A program made the translations under genes and the position numbers. Positions 25,713 to 34,588 of a stretch of DNA of 64,000 nucleotides are shown here, piece after piece (the stretch's first letter is position 1; every line of letters starts with the position of its first letter). The stretch is from Candidatus Saccharimonadales bacterium. GTDB lineage: Bacteria > Patescibacteriota > Saccharimonadia > Saccharimonadales > CAIOMD01. Below the pieces are notes generated by a model. The model was not told the origin of the DNA and did no database searches. It was given only the letters and a program-made list of their open reading frames with translations. The stretch lies in contig JAXLZY010000001.1 in NCBI GenBank assembly GCA_046350635.1, forward strand, positions 11,897-75,896, written 5' to 3'.

Positions 25713-26810
25713 TTACTGCTGCTGAACGCGTATGAACGTATGTGCTTTTTGCTTGTCTTTGTAGTCGTTAAGATAGTTATTTATATCCTGGTAGCTAAAG
25801 AATATGCGGGCAGCTTTGATTTTATCGTCTTGAACACCAAGATTCTTCACAATTTCGAGCCCATAGCCAATGTTTATGACGTCTGAAGTCTGACCAGGCT
25901 GTAATTTATATAGTGCGTTGATAGTCTCAATTGGTATATTACGATCTGTTTTGCTCACTAAGAAACCTAGCTGGCCGCCATTATCTTTAGTTGCAGTATC
26001 ATCTGAGTACTTTTTGGCAACCGCGCTAAAGTCTGAACCACCTTTAATCTCCGCCAAAGCTGCATCAGCTCGCGCTTTTGTGCCTGTATCGAGTGTCTGT
26101 AACACCTTATTCGTTAAGATTTCCTGACGGATACTACGCCTAAAATCAGATACCGACCATCCATAGTAATCTTTTAGTACGTCTTCGAAAACTTTATTAT
26201 CAGTACCTAAACGGCTTAGATTACGCAACAGTTCGATCTGGTTATCGACTTCCTGCTCAGATACAGTGATATTCTTTTCTTTCGCAATCTTTTGCACGTA
26301 TGCATAATTCACCACTTTATCAAGAGATTTTTTACGCTGATCGGCAAGCTGAGCCTTACCTGTTTCAGACGTAAAATCAACTTCCGACTGTACTCCAAAA
26401 TAGTGTATATAGTGCCTGAGCTCAAATAAGTAGCTTTCGTAGCTTACAAAATGCCCACCTACGCGCGCAACGGGCAGTGGTAGAACCTTAGTGACTTGAT
26501 AAACAAAATTTGAGGTAGACTGAAACTTATAAAGACTCAGGAGAATATAACTGCTGAATGCAATAAATACCGCTGTTAATATTATTACAGTTGTAATCAC
26601 AATTTTATGACGTGAATGCCTGAGTGGATACACATATTTACGCGCACCTTTTAACACTTCCTCACGGTGTTGAATAACTGTTTCATTGGTAATGCGAGGC
26701 ATACCAGCATCGGCCACCGGTGCTGTTACCTCTTTGCGCTTAATACGCGGCGTTAAAAAACGCCGAGGACGCTTTTGTTCTGGTATAGAATTAGGTTCTT
26801 TTTTTGCCAT
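25713..26810 (-). CDS. Membrane-anchored parvulin-type peptidyl-prolyl isomerase (PrsA/SurA-like)
   Basis: N-terminal TM anchor. The parvulin block is FSAVAKKYSDDTATKDNGGQLGF..GYGLEIVK. Confidence 0.7.
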   Translation of the reverse strand: MAKKEPNSIPEQKRPRRFLTPRIKRKEVTAPVADAGMPRITNETVIQHREEVLKGARKYVYPLRHSRHKIVITTVIILTAVFIAFSSYILLSLYKFQSTSNFVYQVTKVLPLPVARVGGHFVSYESYLFELRHYIHYFGVQSEVDFTSETGKAQLADQRKKSLDKVVNYAYVQKIAKEKNITVSEQEVDNQIELLRNLSRLGTDNKVFEDVLKDYYGWSVSDFRRSIRQEILTNKVLQTLDTGTKARADAALAEIKGGSDFSAVAKKYSDDTATKDNGGQLGFLVSKTDRNIPIETINALYKLQPGQTSDVINIGYGLEIVKNLGVQDDKIKAARIFFSYQDINNYLNDYKDKQKAHTFIRVQQQ

Positions 26811-26816
26811 GAATAC

Positions 26817-27356
26817 TTATTGATCATTCCCCACCGGAGCATTCGCAGTGATTCCGAGCTCCCGTAGGATTTGAGACATTCGTTTTTGAATATGTTTTGG
26901 GTGATGGACGTCATGTATAACAAGTTCACCAACGTATGTCTGTATTACTATTGTACCAAATCCAAGCAGAGTTTCTTGAAATCCGTTTACTTCATATGCG
27001 ATAGTTTGTATCTTATCTAAGCCAATATCGATAACACTTCGCTTCCATAAACCCTTTTGGCTCACCTGAATAAATCGTTGGTTTGTAACTACGTACACAC
27101 TGAAGTTCCAGCCAATCCAACTATAAAACATAACAAGGAAACCTAAGAATAAGCCAAGAATTAAGCAACCAAAGAAAAACGGAATTGTCGGAGGACTATC
27201 GGGCCTAAAAAAAGTTAACCCACCCACATACAATACAGGTAGTAGTAGCACTACAGATGACACCACAATTGCCTTGCGCATCACAATTGGATGCTTCCTA
27301 AACACATACAAGACTTCTTCGTCGTCAAATTGGTCTTTAAAATATTTGTATGCCAT
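26817..27356 (-). CDS. Membrane protein with a bacterial PH (YdbT/DUF304-like) domain
   Basis: Track ORF 26817..27401; the likely start is MAYKYF at 27356. DDEEVLYVFRKHPIV is followed by two TM helices and then a PH-like C-domain. Confidence 0.5.
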   Translation of the reverse strand: MAYKYFKDQFDDEEVLYVFRKHPIVMRKAIVVSSVVLLLPVLYVGGLTFFRPDSPPTIPFFFGCLILGLFLGFLVMFYSWIGWNFSVYVVTNQRFIQVSQKGLWKRSVIDIGLDKIQTIAYEVNGFQETLLGFGTIVIQTYVGELVIHDVHHPKHIQKRMSQILRELGITANAPVGNDQ

Positions 27357-27429
27357 AACCTTAGTGGTTATTGTACGCGCCTTTACGCATTTCGTGAACA
27401 ACTAACAGTGGTATACTAGTGTGGAGTTT

Positions 27430-27480
27430 GGTCCGGTAGTTCAATGGATAGAACACCACCGTCCTAAGGTGGGTGTTGGG
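27430..27480 (+). repeat. 51-nt exact copy of the tRNA-Arg 5' part (positions 1-51)
   Basis: ggtccggtagttcaatggatagaacaccaccgtcctaaggtgggtgttggg is identical to 27607-27657. Confidence 0.9.
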
Positions 27481-27606
27481 TGAAATCTGCCGGTGGCAGA
27501 TTGCAAGGCAACCTTCCGGAGCAAGCTAGCTTGCTACAGTGAAGTTGCGGGCCCGCCAAAGGTGGGTCGATTTAGAATCGAACCCCTGTAGTACAATGTA
27601 ATTCAT

Positions 27607-27682
27607 GGTCCGGTAGTTCAATGGATAGAACACCACCGTCCTAAGGTGGGTGTTGGGGGTTCGATTCCCTCCCGGGCCACCA
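27607..27682 (+). tRNA. tRNA-Arg (CCT)
   Basis: Hand fold: GGTCCGG/CCGGGCC acceptor, anticodon arm CCACC-GTCCTAA-GGTGG, T-arm GGGGG-TTCGATT-CCCTC, encoded CCA. Confidence 0.85.
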
Positions 27683-27687
27683 TGATT

Positions 27688-27710
27688 ATCCCGCATGCGG
27701 GATTTTTATT
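27688..27710 (+). terminator. Terminator after the intact tRNA-Arg
   Basis: ATCCCGC-AT-GCGGGAT followed by TTTTATT. Confidence 0.6.
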
Positions 27711-27802
27711 TGGGAATCGAACGACAATTGCCGGTGGCAATTGGCCGCCCTTAAGCCCCGAAAGGGGTTTGCTTGCCAAAACTAAGTTTGTTTTGGCGCA
27801 AA

Positions 27803-27826
27803 GGTTGATTCCCTCCCGGGCCACCA
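27803..27826 (+). repeat. 24-nt copy of the tRNA-Arg 3' end (T-loop to CCA, one deletion)
   Basis: ggttgattccctcccgggccacca compared with ggttcgattccctcccgggccacca at 27658-27682. Confidence 0.9.
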
Positions 27827-27832
27827 AACTAA

Positions 27833-27863
27833 AACCGACCCTTTCGGGCCGGTTATTTTTATT
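27833..27863. terminator. Terminator hairpin shared by the tRNA-Arg locus and convergent ndk
   Basis: AACCGACCC-TTTC-GGGCCGGTT followed by ATTTTTATTT. Confidence 0.55.
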
Positions 27864-28371
27864 TCTTCGGTACCTTACCAAGCACGGTTGTTTCGTGAGG
27901 TAAGTTATAATCGTACAGATCAGACTTATCAAACCATAATTCAATTTCTTGCGCGGCTTCTTCTGGGTTACCGGATGCATGAATAATATTTGGTAATGTT
28001 CCGCCACGACTATTAGTGTAATTACGAGTTACGTGGGTATAATCACCGCGAATCGTACCAGGAGCTGAGTCTTTTGGGTCTGTGGTTCCAACCATTTTAC
28101 GAACATGAGCTACTGCCTCTACACCTTCAAGTACCACCGCAACAACGGGTGCTTCTGTCATTTGTGAAAGGGTAATATTGTAGATTTCCTCACCCCAACG
28201 GCTAATAAGCTGACTAATACCTTCGTAATGTGCATGAAAGTGCTCTTTCGTTGGCGCAACCATCTTCATACCAACAATTTTTAAGCCTGCTCGTTCAAAA
28301 CGCTGCAAGACATCACCGACAATACCGCGCTGTACGGCGTCCGGCTTTAATACAATTAATGTTCGTTCCAT
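27859..28371 (-). CDS. ndk: Nucleoside diphosphate kinase
   Basis: MERTLIVLKPDAVQRG..GTIRGDY.., with NIIHASG as the active-site His motif. The C-terminus is about 20 aa longer than usual. Confidence 0.9.
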   Translation of the reverse strand: MERTLIVLKPDAVQRGIVGDVLQRFERAGLKIVGMKMVAPTKEHFHAHYEGISQLISRWGEEIYNITLSQMTEAPVVAVVLEGVEAVAHVRKMVGTTDPKDSAPGTIRGDYTHVTRNYTNSRGGTLPNIIHASGNPEEAAQEIELWFDKSDLYDYNLPHETTVLGKVPKK

Positions 28372-28390
28372 ATAATAAATCCTTTAGTTT

Positions 28391-29194
28391 CTATACTGTA
28401 ATGATACCAGTAACGAGCAGGATTGCTAATAGAATGCCGCTCGCAATCCGATACCAACCAAAATCTTTAAGGCCACGCTTACCGAGCCATTTAATCAAAA
28501 AACCAATTGCAAGCATGCCGGATATAAAGGCAACGAGGTTACCTACTAAAAACTGGCCAGTATTTTGCTGAATAAATGTCTTGCCTGCTTCTGACGTCAA
28601 AACTTTTAAACTACCCCCAGCAAGCACTGGTATTGCGAGCATAAAACTAAATTCAGCTGCCCGCGCTGCACTTAAATTAAGTCTTAAACCAGTTAGAATT
28701 GTGATACCAGATCGTGACGTACCCGGGATTAGGGCAAGTGTTTGCGCCAGACCAATCTTGATTGCAGTTGGCCACGTAATTGATTTCTCAAGTTCCCTGT
28801 CATCCGCATCTTCGTTTGGTTTACCAGCTACAACCATGATAATACCAATGGTAATCAGCATGAAAATAACGACCCAAATCATTGAATTCAATTTTTTTAT
28901 TTGATCGCTAAAACTAAACCCAATAATCACCGCCGGGATGGTTGCGACAATCAGTTGACCAGCAAGAGTCCAATCCCTACCCGCAAACACTCGCTTAATC
29001 AAATCCCATACTCGCTTTCGATAAAAGATTAAAAGCGCAGCAAGCGTGCCAAAGTTAAGCATAGTGTCAAATGTAAAGGCATCTTTCATGCCAAGTAACT
29101 GACTCGCAATAACAAGGTGACCCGAACTTGAAACAGGGATAAATTCGGTTAGACCCTGTACTAACCCTAAAATAATGGCATCAATATAACTCAT
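28391..29194 (-). CDS. uppP: Undecaprenyl-diphosphate phosphatase
   Basis: GLVQGLTEFIPVSSSGHL and PGTSRSG motifs of BacA/UppP; eight TM segments. Confidence 0.9.
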   Translation of the reverse strand: MSYIDAIILGLVQGLTEFIPVSSSGHLVIASQLLGMKDAFTFDTMLNFGTLAALLIFYRKRVWDLIKRVFAGRDWTLAGQLIVATIPAVIIGFSFSDQIKKLNSMIWVVIFMLITIGIIMVVAGKPNEDADDRELEKSITWPTAIKIGLAQTLALIPGTSRSGITILTGLRLNLSAARAAEFSFMLAIPVLAGGSLKVLTSEAGKTFIQQNTGQFLVGNLVAFISGMLAIGFLIKWLGKRGLKDFGWYRIASGILLAILLVTGIITV

Positions 29195-29301
29195 TTACAT
29201 AATGGTAGCAGAAGTATAAGCAGAATAATATTGTGCAATTTATGTACTCAGTAGTACCCCTGTAAAATTTACAAAGTTGTTAAACTTTTGTTGTATTTTA
29301 A

Positions 29302-30252
29302 GTGGTATTTACAGAGGTAAGGTCGTACAATAATAACGTGAAAGCAGCCCAAGCAATCAGTGAATACCTTGATTACCTTGCGATAGAGCAAAACCGTTCG
29401 AAGCGAACGATTGCCAACTATAATCATTATCTAACCCGTCTACTCGATTACGCTGGTGATATTACCGTAGCAGACATTACCCCTGAGCTGGTTCGCAAAT
29501 GGCGTTTGTGGCTGCACGAACTTGGTTCTGATCGCTCAGACGAGCTTAGCAAGGCAACGCAGAATTATCACCTTATTGCACTGCGTAGCTTTTTGAAATT
29601 TTGCCATAAACGAAACATCCCCGCACTTGCCTCTGACCAAATTGAGCTCGCACGAGTTAAGCGAAGCCAGGTTACCTTTTTAGATTCCGACGAACTCCAT
29701 CGATTAATTACACAACCCAATACCACCGAAGAATCTGGTCTACGAGACCGTGCTATATTAGAGCTCTTATTTAGCGGCGGCTTACGTGTATCCGAACTTG
29801 TGGGTTTAGATAGAACGCACATTAACCTAGAGCGTCGCGAGTTCATGGTTCGTGGTAAGGGGCAAAAGGACCGACCAATCTTTGTCAGCCAAGAGGCGGC
29901 CGATTGGTTAAAGCTATATCTAGAAAAGCGTACCGACAACCTCCCTGCGCTCTTTATAAGCTACAGCGGACGCCACCAGGCCACAACGAGTGGCAATTAC
30001 CGCCGATTAACCCCACGGAGCGTACAGCGCATGATTTCACAGTACGCGCGCCTTGCAGGCATTACAAAGCACGTAAGCCCCCATACAATGCGCCACAGCT
30101 TTGCCACCGACCTACTTATGAACGGTGCCGATTTACGCAGCGTACAAGCAATGCTCGGCCACAGCAACATTGCCACAACTCAAATATATACGCACGTCAC
30201 AGATCCACACCTTAAAAGCGTACACGAACGCTTTCACGGCAAAGGCGCCTAG
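29302..30252 (+). CDS. Tyrosine recombinase, XerC/XerD family
   Basis: SAM-like N-domain (YLDYLAIEQNRSKRTIANY) and catalytic residues in ..GLRVSEL.., HTMRHSFAT and LGHSNIATTQIYTHV. The exact start is uncertain (alternative GTG at 29338). Confidence 0.8.
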   Translation: MVFTEVRSYNNNVKAAQAISEYLDYLAIEQNRSKRTIANYNHYLTRLLDYAGDITVADITPELVRKWRLWLHELGSDRSDELSKATQNYHLIALRSFLKFCHKRNIPALASDQIELARVKRSQVTFLDSDELHRLITQPNTTEESGLRDRAILELLFSGGLRVSELVGLDRTHINLERREFMVRGKGQKDRPIFVSQEAADWLKLYLEKRTDNLPALFISYSGRHQATTSGNYRRLTPRSVQRMISQYARLAGITKHVSPHTMRHSFATDLLMNGADLRSVQAMLGHSNIATTQIYTHVTDPHLKSVHERFHGKGA

Positions 30253-30255
30253 AAC

Positions 30256-31206
30256 TTAATAACAACGAGCGCCGATTGCAGTATTGTCAGAAGCGTACGA
30301 GTTCTGAGTGCCATTAACTTGTAAATCTTTACAGACACTGTCTGCAGATAATGCGAACCCAGGATTCCAAGTCTGTGAAACAAGTGGCACGCGCGCTTTA
30401 ATGCGCTTTGTAACATCTTGTGCTCGAGCGTTTGAGTCTATCTCCGCTTGGGCATTGGTCAGTTTGTTGTCAGTCGCACCTAGTACACTTATCCCGGTTA
30501 TATTAGCAGGCGGACCGTATGCAATCACTGATAAATAAGCATCATTCGAAGAAAATGGTACCGATGCAGTGCAGACACCCGATGAACATGAATACGTGCC
30601 TATCGATCCACTCGAAAAACCTGAAGCCAGCGAAGATTGACTATCATTTGGCACAAGATATGCAACTTTCGTGCCACTAACATTTGATTTATCTGTAATT
30701 GCAATTCGTAGAATTGAAATATTACCACTATTTATAGCGGGGAGACTTGAGGTGGTTGCGCCCGTGTATGTAGTAGTGCTTCCACTTGAATTCCACACAA
30801 TTTTAACACTACTGAATGCACCATTCTTTGGCTTAAGTCTTGTTACGAACGGATCAATCGAAAGTCCTGTTTTTTCAATCGAATCAACCTCGCTCGTCCA
30901 GGTAATGCAAGTTACCTTTGCACTTGCACTGCTCGATGCATCATTTAAGTCTAGGGTCTCACAAGAGGATTGTGCGGTAGCAAGACCACCATTTGGGTCG
31001 CGTAATTGTGCGCCAACTCTGTTAATAGCAGTTTCTGCGGCATACTGTGCTTGATATGATAATGTCTTATCAAGTACTTGCCTTTGGTCGTTACGAACCA
31101 ACGTGGCAAAACCTATAGCTAGTAGTGATAGAATAATCGCAAACACCATAGAAAACAAAATGGCTGAAAGCCCTTGTTGATTTAGTTTCTTAGTGCGGTA
31201 TTTCAT
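30256..31206 (-). CDS. PilX-like minor pilin / pilus assembly protein
   Basis: N-terminal QQGLSAILFSMVFAIILSLLAIGFATLV hydrophobic helix and a Ser/Thr-rich extracellular body. It is the last gene of the pilus operon. Confidence 0.5.
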   Translation of the reverse strand: MKYRTKKLNQQGLSAILFSMVFAIILSLLAIGFATLVRNDQRQVLDKTLSYQAQYAAETAINRVGAQLRDPNGGLATAQSSCETLDLNDASSSASAKVTCITWTSEVDSIEKTGLSIDPFVTRLKPKNGAFSSVKIVWNSSGSTTTYTGATTSSLPAINSGNISILRIAITDKSNVSGTKVAYLVPNDSQSSLASGFSSGSIGTYSCSSGVCTASVPFSSNDAYLSVIAYGPPANITGISVLGATDNKLTNAQAEIDSNARAQDVTKRIKARVPLVSQTWNPGFALSADSVCKDLQVNGTQNSYASDNTAIGARCY

Positions 31207-31208
31207 TA

Positions 31209-31850
31209 TTAGTTTGTGATTCGTTTAGAAGTGCTACTGCTTAATTGTACTACTGAGCAATACTCTTTACCAGTAACCAGAGCCTTACATTCAACGACAC
31301 TATATGATTGCGGGGTACTTGTAAGTGTCAATAAATCCGCATCCGCATATGCCAATTTAGTTGTGATTGTCCCGCTATTTACATTAAAATATAGCACCTT
31401 TGAACCCGAAGGTAGCATATTAGATGCACCCGAAGCAGAAGAGTCAGGATTACTAAGTACCGTACAAGAGCCCGGAGTTACGCTTATGTCATCAACGTAA
31501 AGTCCTGGTTTTGCCGATGTATAGGATGCAGTTGTGTAGCTAGGTGTCCCGGTAGCAGTTTCTGCGTATGTGTATCGTTTATTGCCAATGCAGGTAGATA
31601 TCCAACCGCTGTTTGTTGAAGAATTAACTGAATCAACAGAAGAAAAAGCTATACTCTGTTCAACTTGTTGGTGTATTTCCCGAGTGGCGTTCTCTAACTT
31701 AACTCGGGTACTTGTTTGCTGAAATTGTCGACCAATAAATATTATCCCTACGGTTATAACCATTACAATTGTGGCAAACACACCTGTTGCTATCATTAAT
31801 TCGACTATCGTAAAGCCCTGCTGTTTAGGTTTTACTTTATTAGATACCAT
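31209..31850 (-). CDS. Prepilin-type minor pilin
   Basis: QQGFTIVELMIATGVFATIV is a class III signal / N-methylation motif. The start is trimmed to MVSNK. Confidence 0.65.
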   Translation of the reverse strand: MVSNKVKPKQQGFTIVELMIATGVFATIVMVITVGIIFIGRQFQQTSTRVKLENATREIHQQVEQSIAFSSVDSVNSSTNSGWISTCIGNKRYTYAETATGTPSYTTASYTSAKPGLYVDDISVTPGSCTVLSNPDSSASGASNMLPSGSKVLYFNVNSGTITTKLAYADADLLTLTSTPQSYSVVECKALVTGKEYCSVVQLSSSTSKRITN

Positions 31851-32301
31851 AGACGAGCTCCACTGTATCTGTGCCACCCTTCAAGGAATCCCAAGATACC
31901 TTTATGTAGTAGTTATTGTAGACATTTGAGCAAGTGCCAGTAATATAGCTACAGCTCGTCACTGCCTTTACGGTCACTTTATATAGTCCATCTTTAGTGC
32001 ATGCTGGTTGCGACTCATCAAGTTGAACCGATGTGCTACTTTCCATGCAAAAAACAGTATCCGACGCAGAAAACTTCCCCATGAATGTTGACCTATTTGC
32101 CGCAGAAGCCTGTCGAATCCATTCAGCCTGCTCATTTGCGTACATTTGGGCTTGATAACGTTCATGATTCGCCTGTGCAGATGTTTTTGATCTTTGGGCT
32201 ACCGCAAATGTGCCGCCAAGTACCGCAGACAAGATAACTAATGCCATCATTACTTCGATAATCGTGTCGCCCTTTTGGGTAAGACTTTTGGTTATTTGCA
32301 T
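31840..32301 (-). CDS. Prepilin-type minor pilin (degenerate cleavage motif)
   Basis: QKGDTIIEVMMALVILSAVLGG is a pilin-like N-terminus. The gene sits in the pilus operon. Confidence 0.55.
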   Translation of the reverse strand: MQITKSLTQKGDTIIEVMMALVILSAVLGGTFAVAQRSKTSAQANHERYQAQMYANEQAEWIRQASAANRSTFMGKFSASDTVFCMESSTSVQLDESQPACTKDGLYKVTVKAVTSCSYITGTCSNVYNNYYIKVSWDSLKGGTDTVELVYGI

Positions 32302-33035
32302 TGCGTATCTTCCGTATTTACAGTGGCATCAAGATTACCGCGCACACCAATCGTCACGCTTCCGTATCTGGTACCGTCAGAAAAACATAGAGTTCGGCCA
32401 TTCCCGCTATTGATTGTAGACATGGCTTTGATGTCACTGGTATACATCGCGATTCCCTGAGCCCCTGAAGTAAATTGACCAGTAGTGCTTGAGCTATATA
32501 ACGAATAGAGCACATTGTATTCCATGGCTACCGTTTCGTTTTGTTTATCCGAAAGTGGGTTTGGGAAATATGAGCCTGTAAAGCGCAAAGAAGCTGGATA
32601 AGGGCGAGTCTCACGTAAATCTGTTATAGGCTTAAACGCAGCTTGATTACCCGCACTCACTGGATTCGTTGAGCTTGCGCTACCTGCATTTACCGCAAGT
32701 GTATCAATTACCAAATTATTTTCAGTAAACGTAATCTTTTTACCCGCAATTACACAGTTAATACTTACCCCCGAGGTGTTCAGTGTTTCGGATCCACCTC
32801 CACAATAATCAGCCGCACCACTCCCTGTAGGTATATTTGGGTAGTACCCTGTTTGTACATCATTAAACACATCCCGTGTGATTGTCTGGATTTCTGACAT
32901 ACCAGATTTATACTGAGTCTTTGCAATCTGACCCGACACTAAAAAAGAAGTTGATAAAAACATTGCAGCCGTAACTGCAAGCACAATTAATGTCTCAACG
33001 ATTGTAAAGCCGTTTTGTTTATTTTTGGCCCACAT
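32292..33035 (-). CDS. Prepilin-type minor pilin
   Basis: NKQNGFTIVETLIVLAVTAAMF cleavage/methylation motif. Confidence 0.65.
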   Translation of the reverse strand: MWAKNKQNGFTIVETLIVLAVTAAMFLSTSFLVSGQIAKTQYKSGMSEIQTITRDVFNDVQTGYYPNIPTGSGAADYCGGGSETLNTSGVSINCVIAGKKITFTENNLVIDTLAVNAGSASSTNPVSAGNQAAFKPITDLRETRPYPASLRFTGSYFPNPLSDKQNETVAMEYNVLYSLYSSSTTGQFTSGAQGIAMYTSDIKAMSTINSGNGRTLCFSDGTRYGSVTIGVRGNLDATVNTEDTQCK

Positions 33036-33077
33036 ATTGATGTAAGTATAACATAAGCATCATGCATAACACAGATA

Positions 33078-33962
33078 CTAAGAGGCTACTAAAAGTGTGG
33101 TTGTGTACCAATCAATCACGTATTGCCCCCACAAAGCTACAACGATAGTGGCAGCTATTAAAAATGGCCCAAACGGTATTCTTGAATTATTGTTAACTTT
33201 TTTAGACATAATTAACGGAATTAACCATATCATTCCAAATACAGAAGAAAAAAATAGCATCAAAAACGCAAGTATACCAGACCCGAGCATCGCTCCAAGC
33301 AAAAAACCTAGTTTAACATCACCACCACCAATCCACCTTCCATTGGAAACCTGGAATAGAACCCAGAAAATACCGCCACCTATTAAGATACCTGTTACAA
33401 TTCCCAGCAAAGACTCAATTGGCCTTCCAAGCGCGACTTGGAAAACGAAAGAAATAAACAGAACAAGGTACAGTTTAAAGACTATTTTGTCAGGCAATAG
33501 CATCCATTTAGCATCATAAATAAATAACGCTATTAGTCCTACCAATAAAACAAGCCATGTTATAAACGAAAGCCATACCCAAGATTCATTAAAATCAACT
33601 GGCCATAGGATATACGAAACAGCAAATAGCACTGCAGTCACAGCTTCAACTATAGGATATTGAACACCTATAGGGGCTCTGCAGTATCTGCATTTACCGT
33701 TAAGCAGAATCCAGCTAAGAACAGGGATAAGATCCTTTGCCGCTAGTTCGTGGCCGCACTGTGGGCACATACTTCTACCAGTGGCGATTGAAAGTTCTTT
33801 TTGCTTTTTCTTACTTATTTTTTTCGGGTTACCATCTTTATTAAGCTGTTCGTGCAAGCGCCACACCCAAGCATTTATAAAGCTACCGAATATCAATCCA
33901 AATATGAGTAGTATAAATACCATTGTGACTATCCTATCATGAGATTTAGGTATACCTATCAA
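33078..33962 (-). CDS. pilD: Prepilin peptidase (A24 family)
   Basis: Zinc-binding CPQCGH..CRYC, GGGDVKL and a second Asp-motif region; multi-pass membrane protein. An alternative start is MVFILL at 33923. Confidence 0.85.
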   Translation of the reverse strand: MIGIPKSHDRIVTMVFILLIFGLIFGSFINAWVWRLHEQLNKDGNPKKISKKKQKELSIATGRSMCPQCGHELAAKDLIPVLSWILLNGKCRYCRAPIGVQYPIVEAVTAVLFAVSYILWPVDFNESWVWLSFITWLVLLVGLIALFIYDAKWMLLPDKIVFKLYLVLFISFVFQVALGRPIESLLGIVTGILIGGGIFWVLFQVSNGRWIGGGDVKLGFLLGAMLGSGILAFLMLFFSSVFGMIWLIPLIMSKKVNNNSRIPFGPFLIAATIVVALWGQYVIDWYTTTLLVAS

Positions 33963-33965
33963 TAA

Positions 33966-34005
33966 AATTGCCCCTAGGAGTCATTGTGACTAGCTAGGGG
34001 CAATT
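33966..34005 (-). terminator. Strong hairpin between pilA and pilD (likely attenuating terminator)
   Basis: AATTGCCCCTAG..CTAGGGGCAATT, a 12-bp perfect stem followed on the minus strand by TTTTAT. Confidence 0.6.
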
Positions 34006-34027
34006 ATTTTTTAAGTACTATGAATAC

Positions 34028-34513
34028 TTATAGGTTGATACATTGCCCAACGTACGTAGAACCACTCGCTTCTTTTGTATATTGAAGTGCTGTTTTTCGT
34101 GAATTTGAACTTGTATCTGCAACTGTAGCGCCATTGTCTCCACATTGCGCACCAGTAACTACTCTAAACGCATCTGTAGTTAGTGCAGCCTGTGTTCCGG
34201 TTGCAACTGTAAAGTTTTGTCCCGATCCAGTGGCGGTAATGGTTGTTTGGCTCAAAGTTCCAACTGAATTTGAAACCGCCGTTAAGTTAGCATCACTCGT
34301 ACCAGCAGTGAACACCTTACCTTGGTTGTTTGCCGTCCAGTCTGAAACTGCAGCTGCAACACGTGATGCATCATTTTGTCGTCCATTGTTACGGCTATTA
34401 CGTTGTAGCGCTGGTACTGCCAAGAAAACTACAAGCATAATAAGACCTGCTATCGCTAAAACTATCAAGACTTCAATGATAGTAAAGCCTTTATTATTCG
34501 TTTTTTTAAGCAT
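34028..34513 (-). CDS. pilA: Major type IV pilin
   Basis: MLKKTNNKGFTIIEVLIVLAIAGLIMLVVFLAV is a class III signal peptide. A C-terminal Cys pair (GAQC..GQC) is present, and the gene has its own terminator. Confidence 0.8.
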   Translation of the reverse strand: MLKKTNNKGFTIIEVLIVLAIAGLIMLVVFLAVPALQRNSRNNGRQNDASRVAAAVSDWTANNQGKVFTAGTSDANLTAVSNSVGTLSQTTITATGSGQNFTVATGTQAALTTDAFRVVTGAQCGDNGATVADTSSNSRKTALQYTKEASGSTYVGQCINL

Positions 34514-34588
34514 GTAAGTGGTGCCCTTTCTTTTAATGCTTATGCTATATAAGTTTAATATTAACTAGATTTTTACAAAAAGCAAGTA

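Noticed and set aside
13749-27826. Introns (group I or other) or split tRNA genes as an explanation for the partial tRNA copies.
   Set aside because: At every locus an uninterrupted, foldable tRNA is present. Spacers of 77-170 nt are too short for group I introns and lack their conserved cores. The 3' partial copies at Pro, Thr and Asp have no matching 5' half.
12646-28007. Track ORFs lying on RNA genes: 12646..12846 (inside rnpB), 13849..14220 and the first 48 codons of 12941..13885 (tRNA-Pro region), 21838..22041 (tRNA-Val), 24967..25164 and 25000..25371 (tRNA-Gly/Thr), 27618..28007 and 27646..27903 (tRNA-Arg locus).
   Set aside because: They overlap confidently folded tRNAs or RNase P RNA. 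They have no ribosome-binding sites and their sequences are not protein-like.
29195-29225. dif-like Xer site next to the Xer-family recombinase gene (TTTACATAAT matches one arm of Firmicutes-type dif).
   Set aside because: Only one half-site matches. The expected second arm after a 6-8 nt spacer is absent, and the match abuts the uppP start codon.
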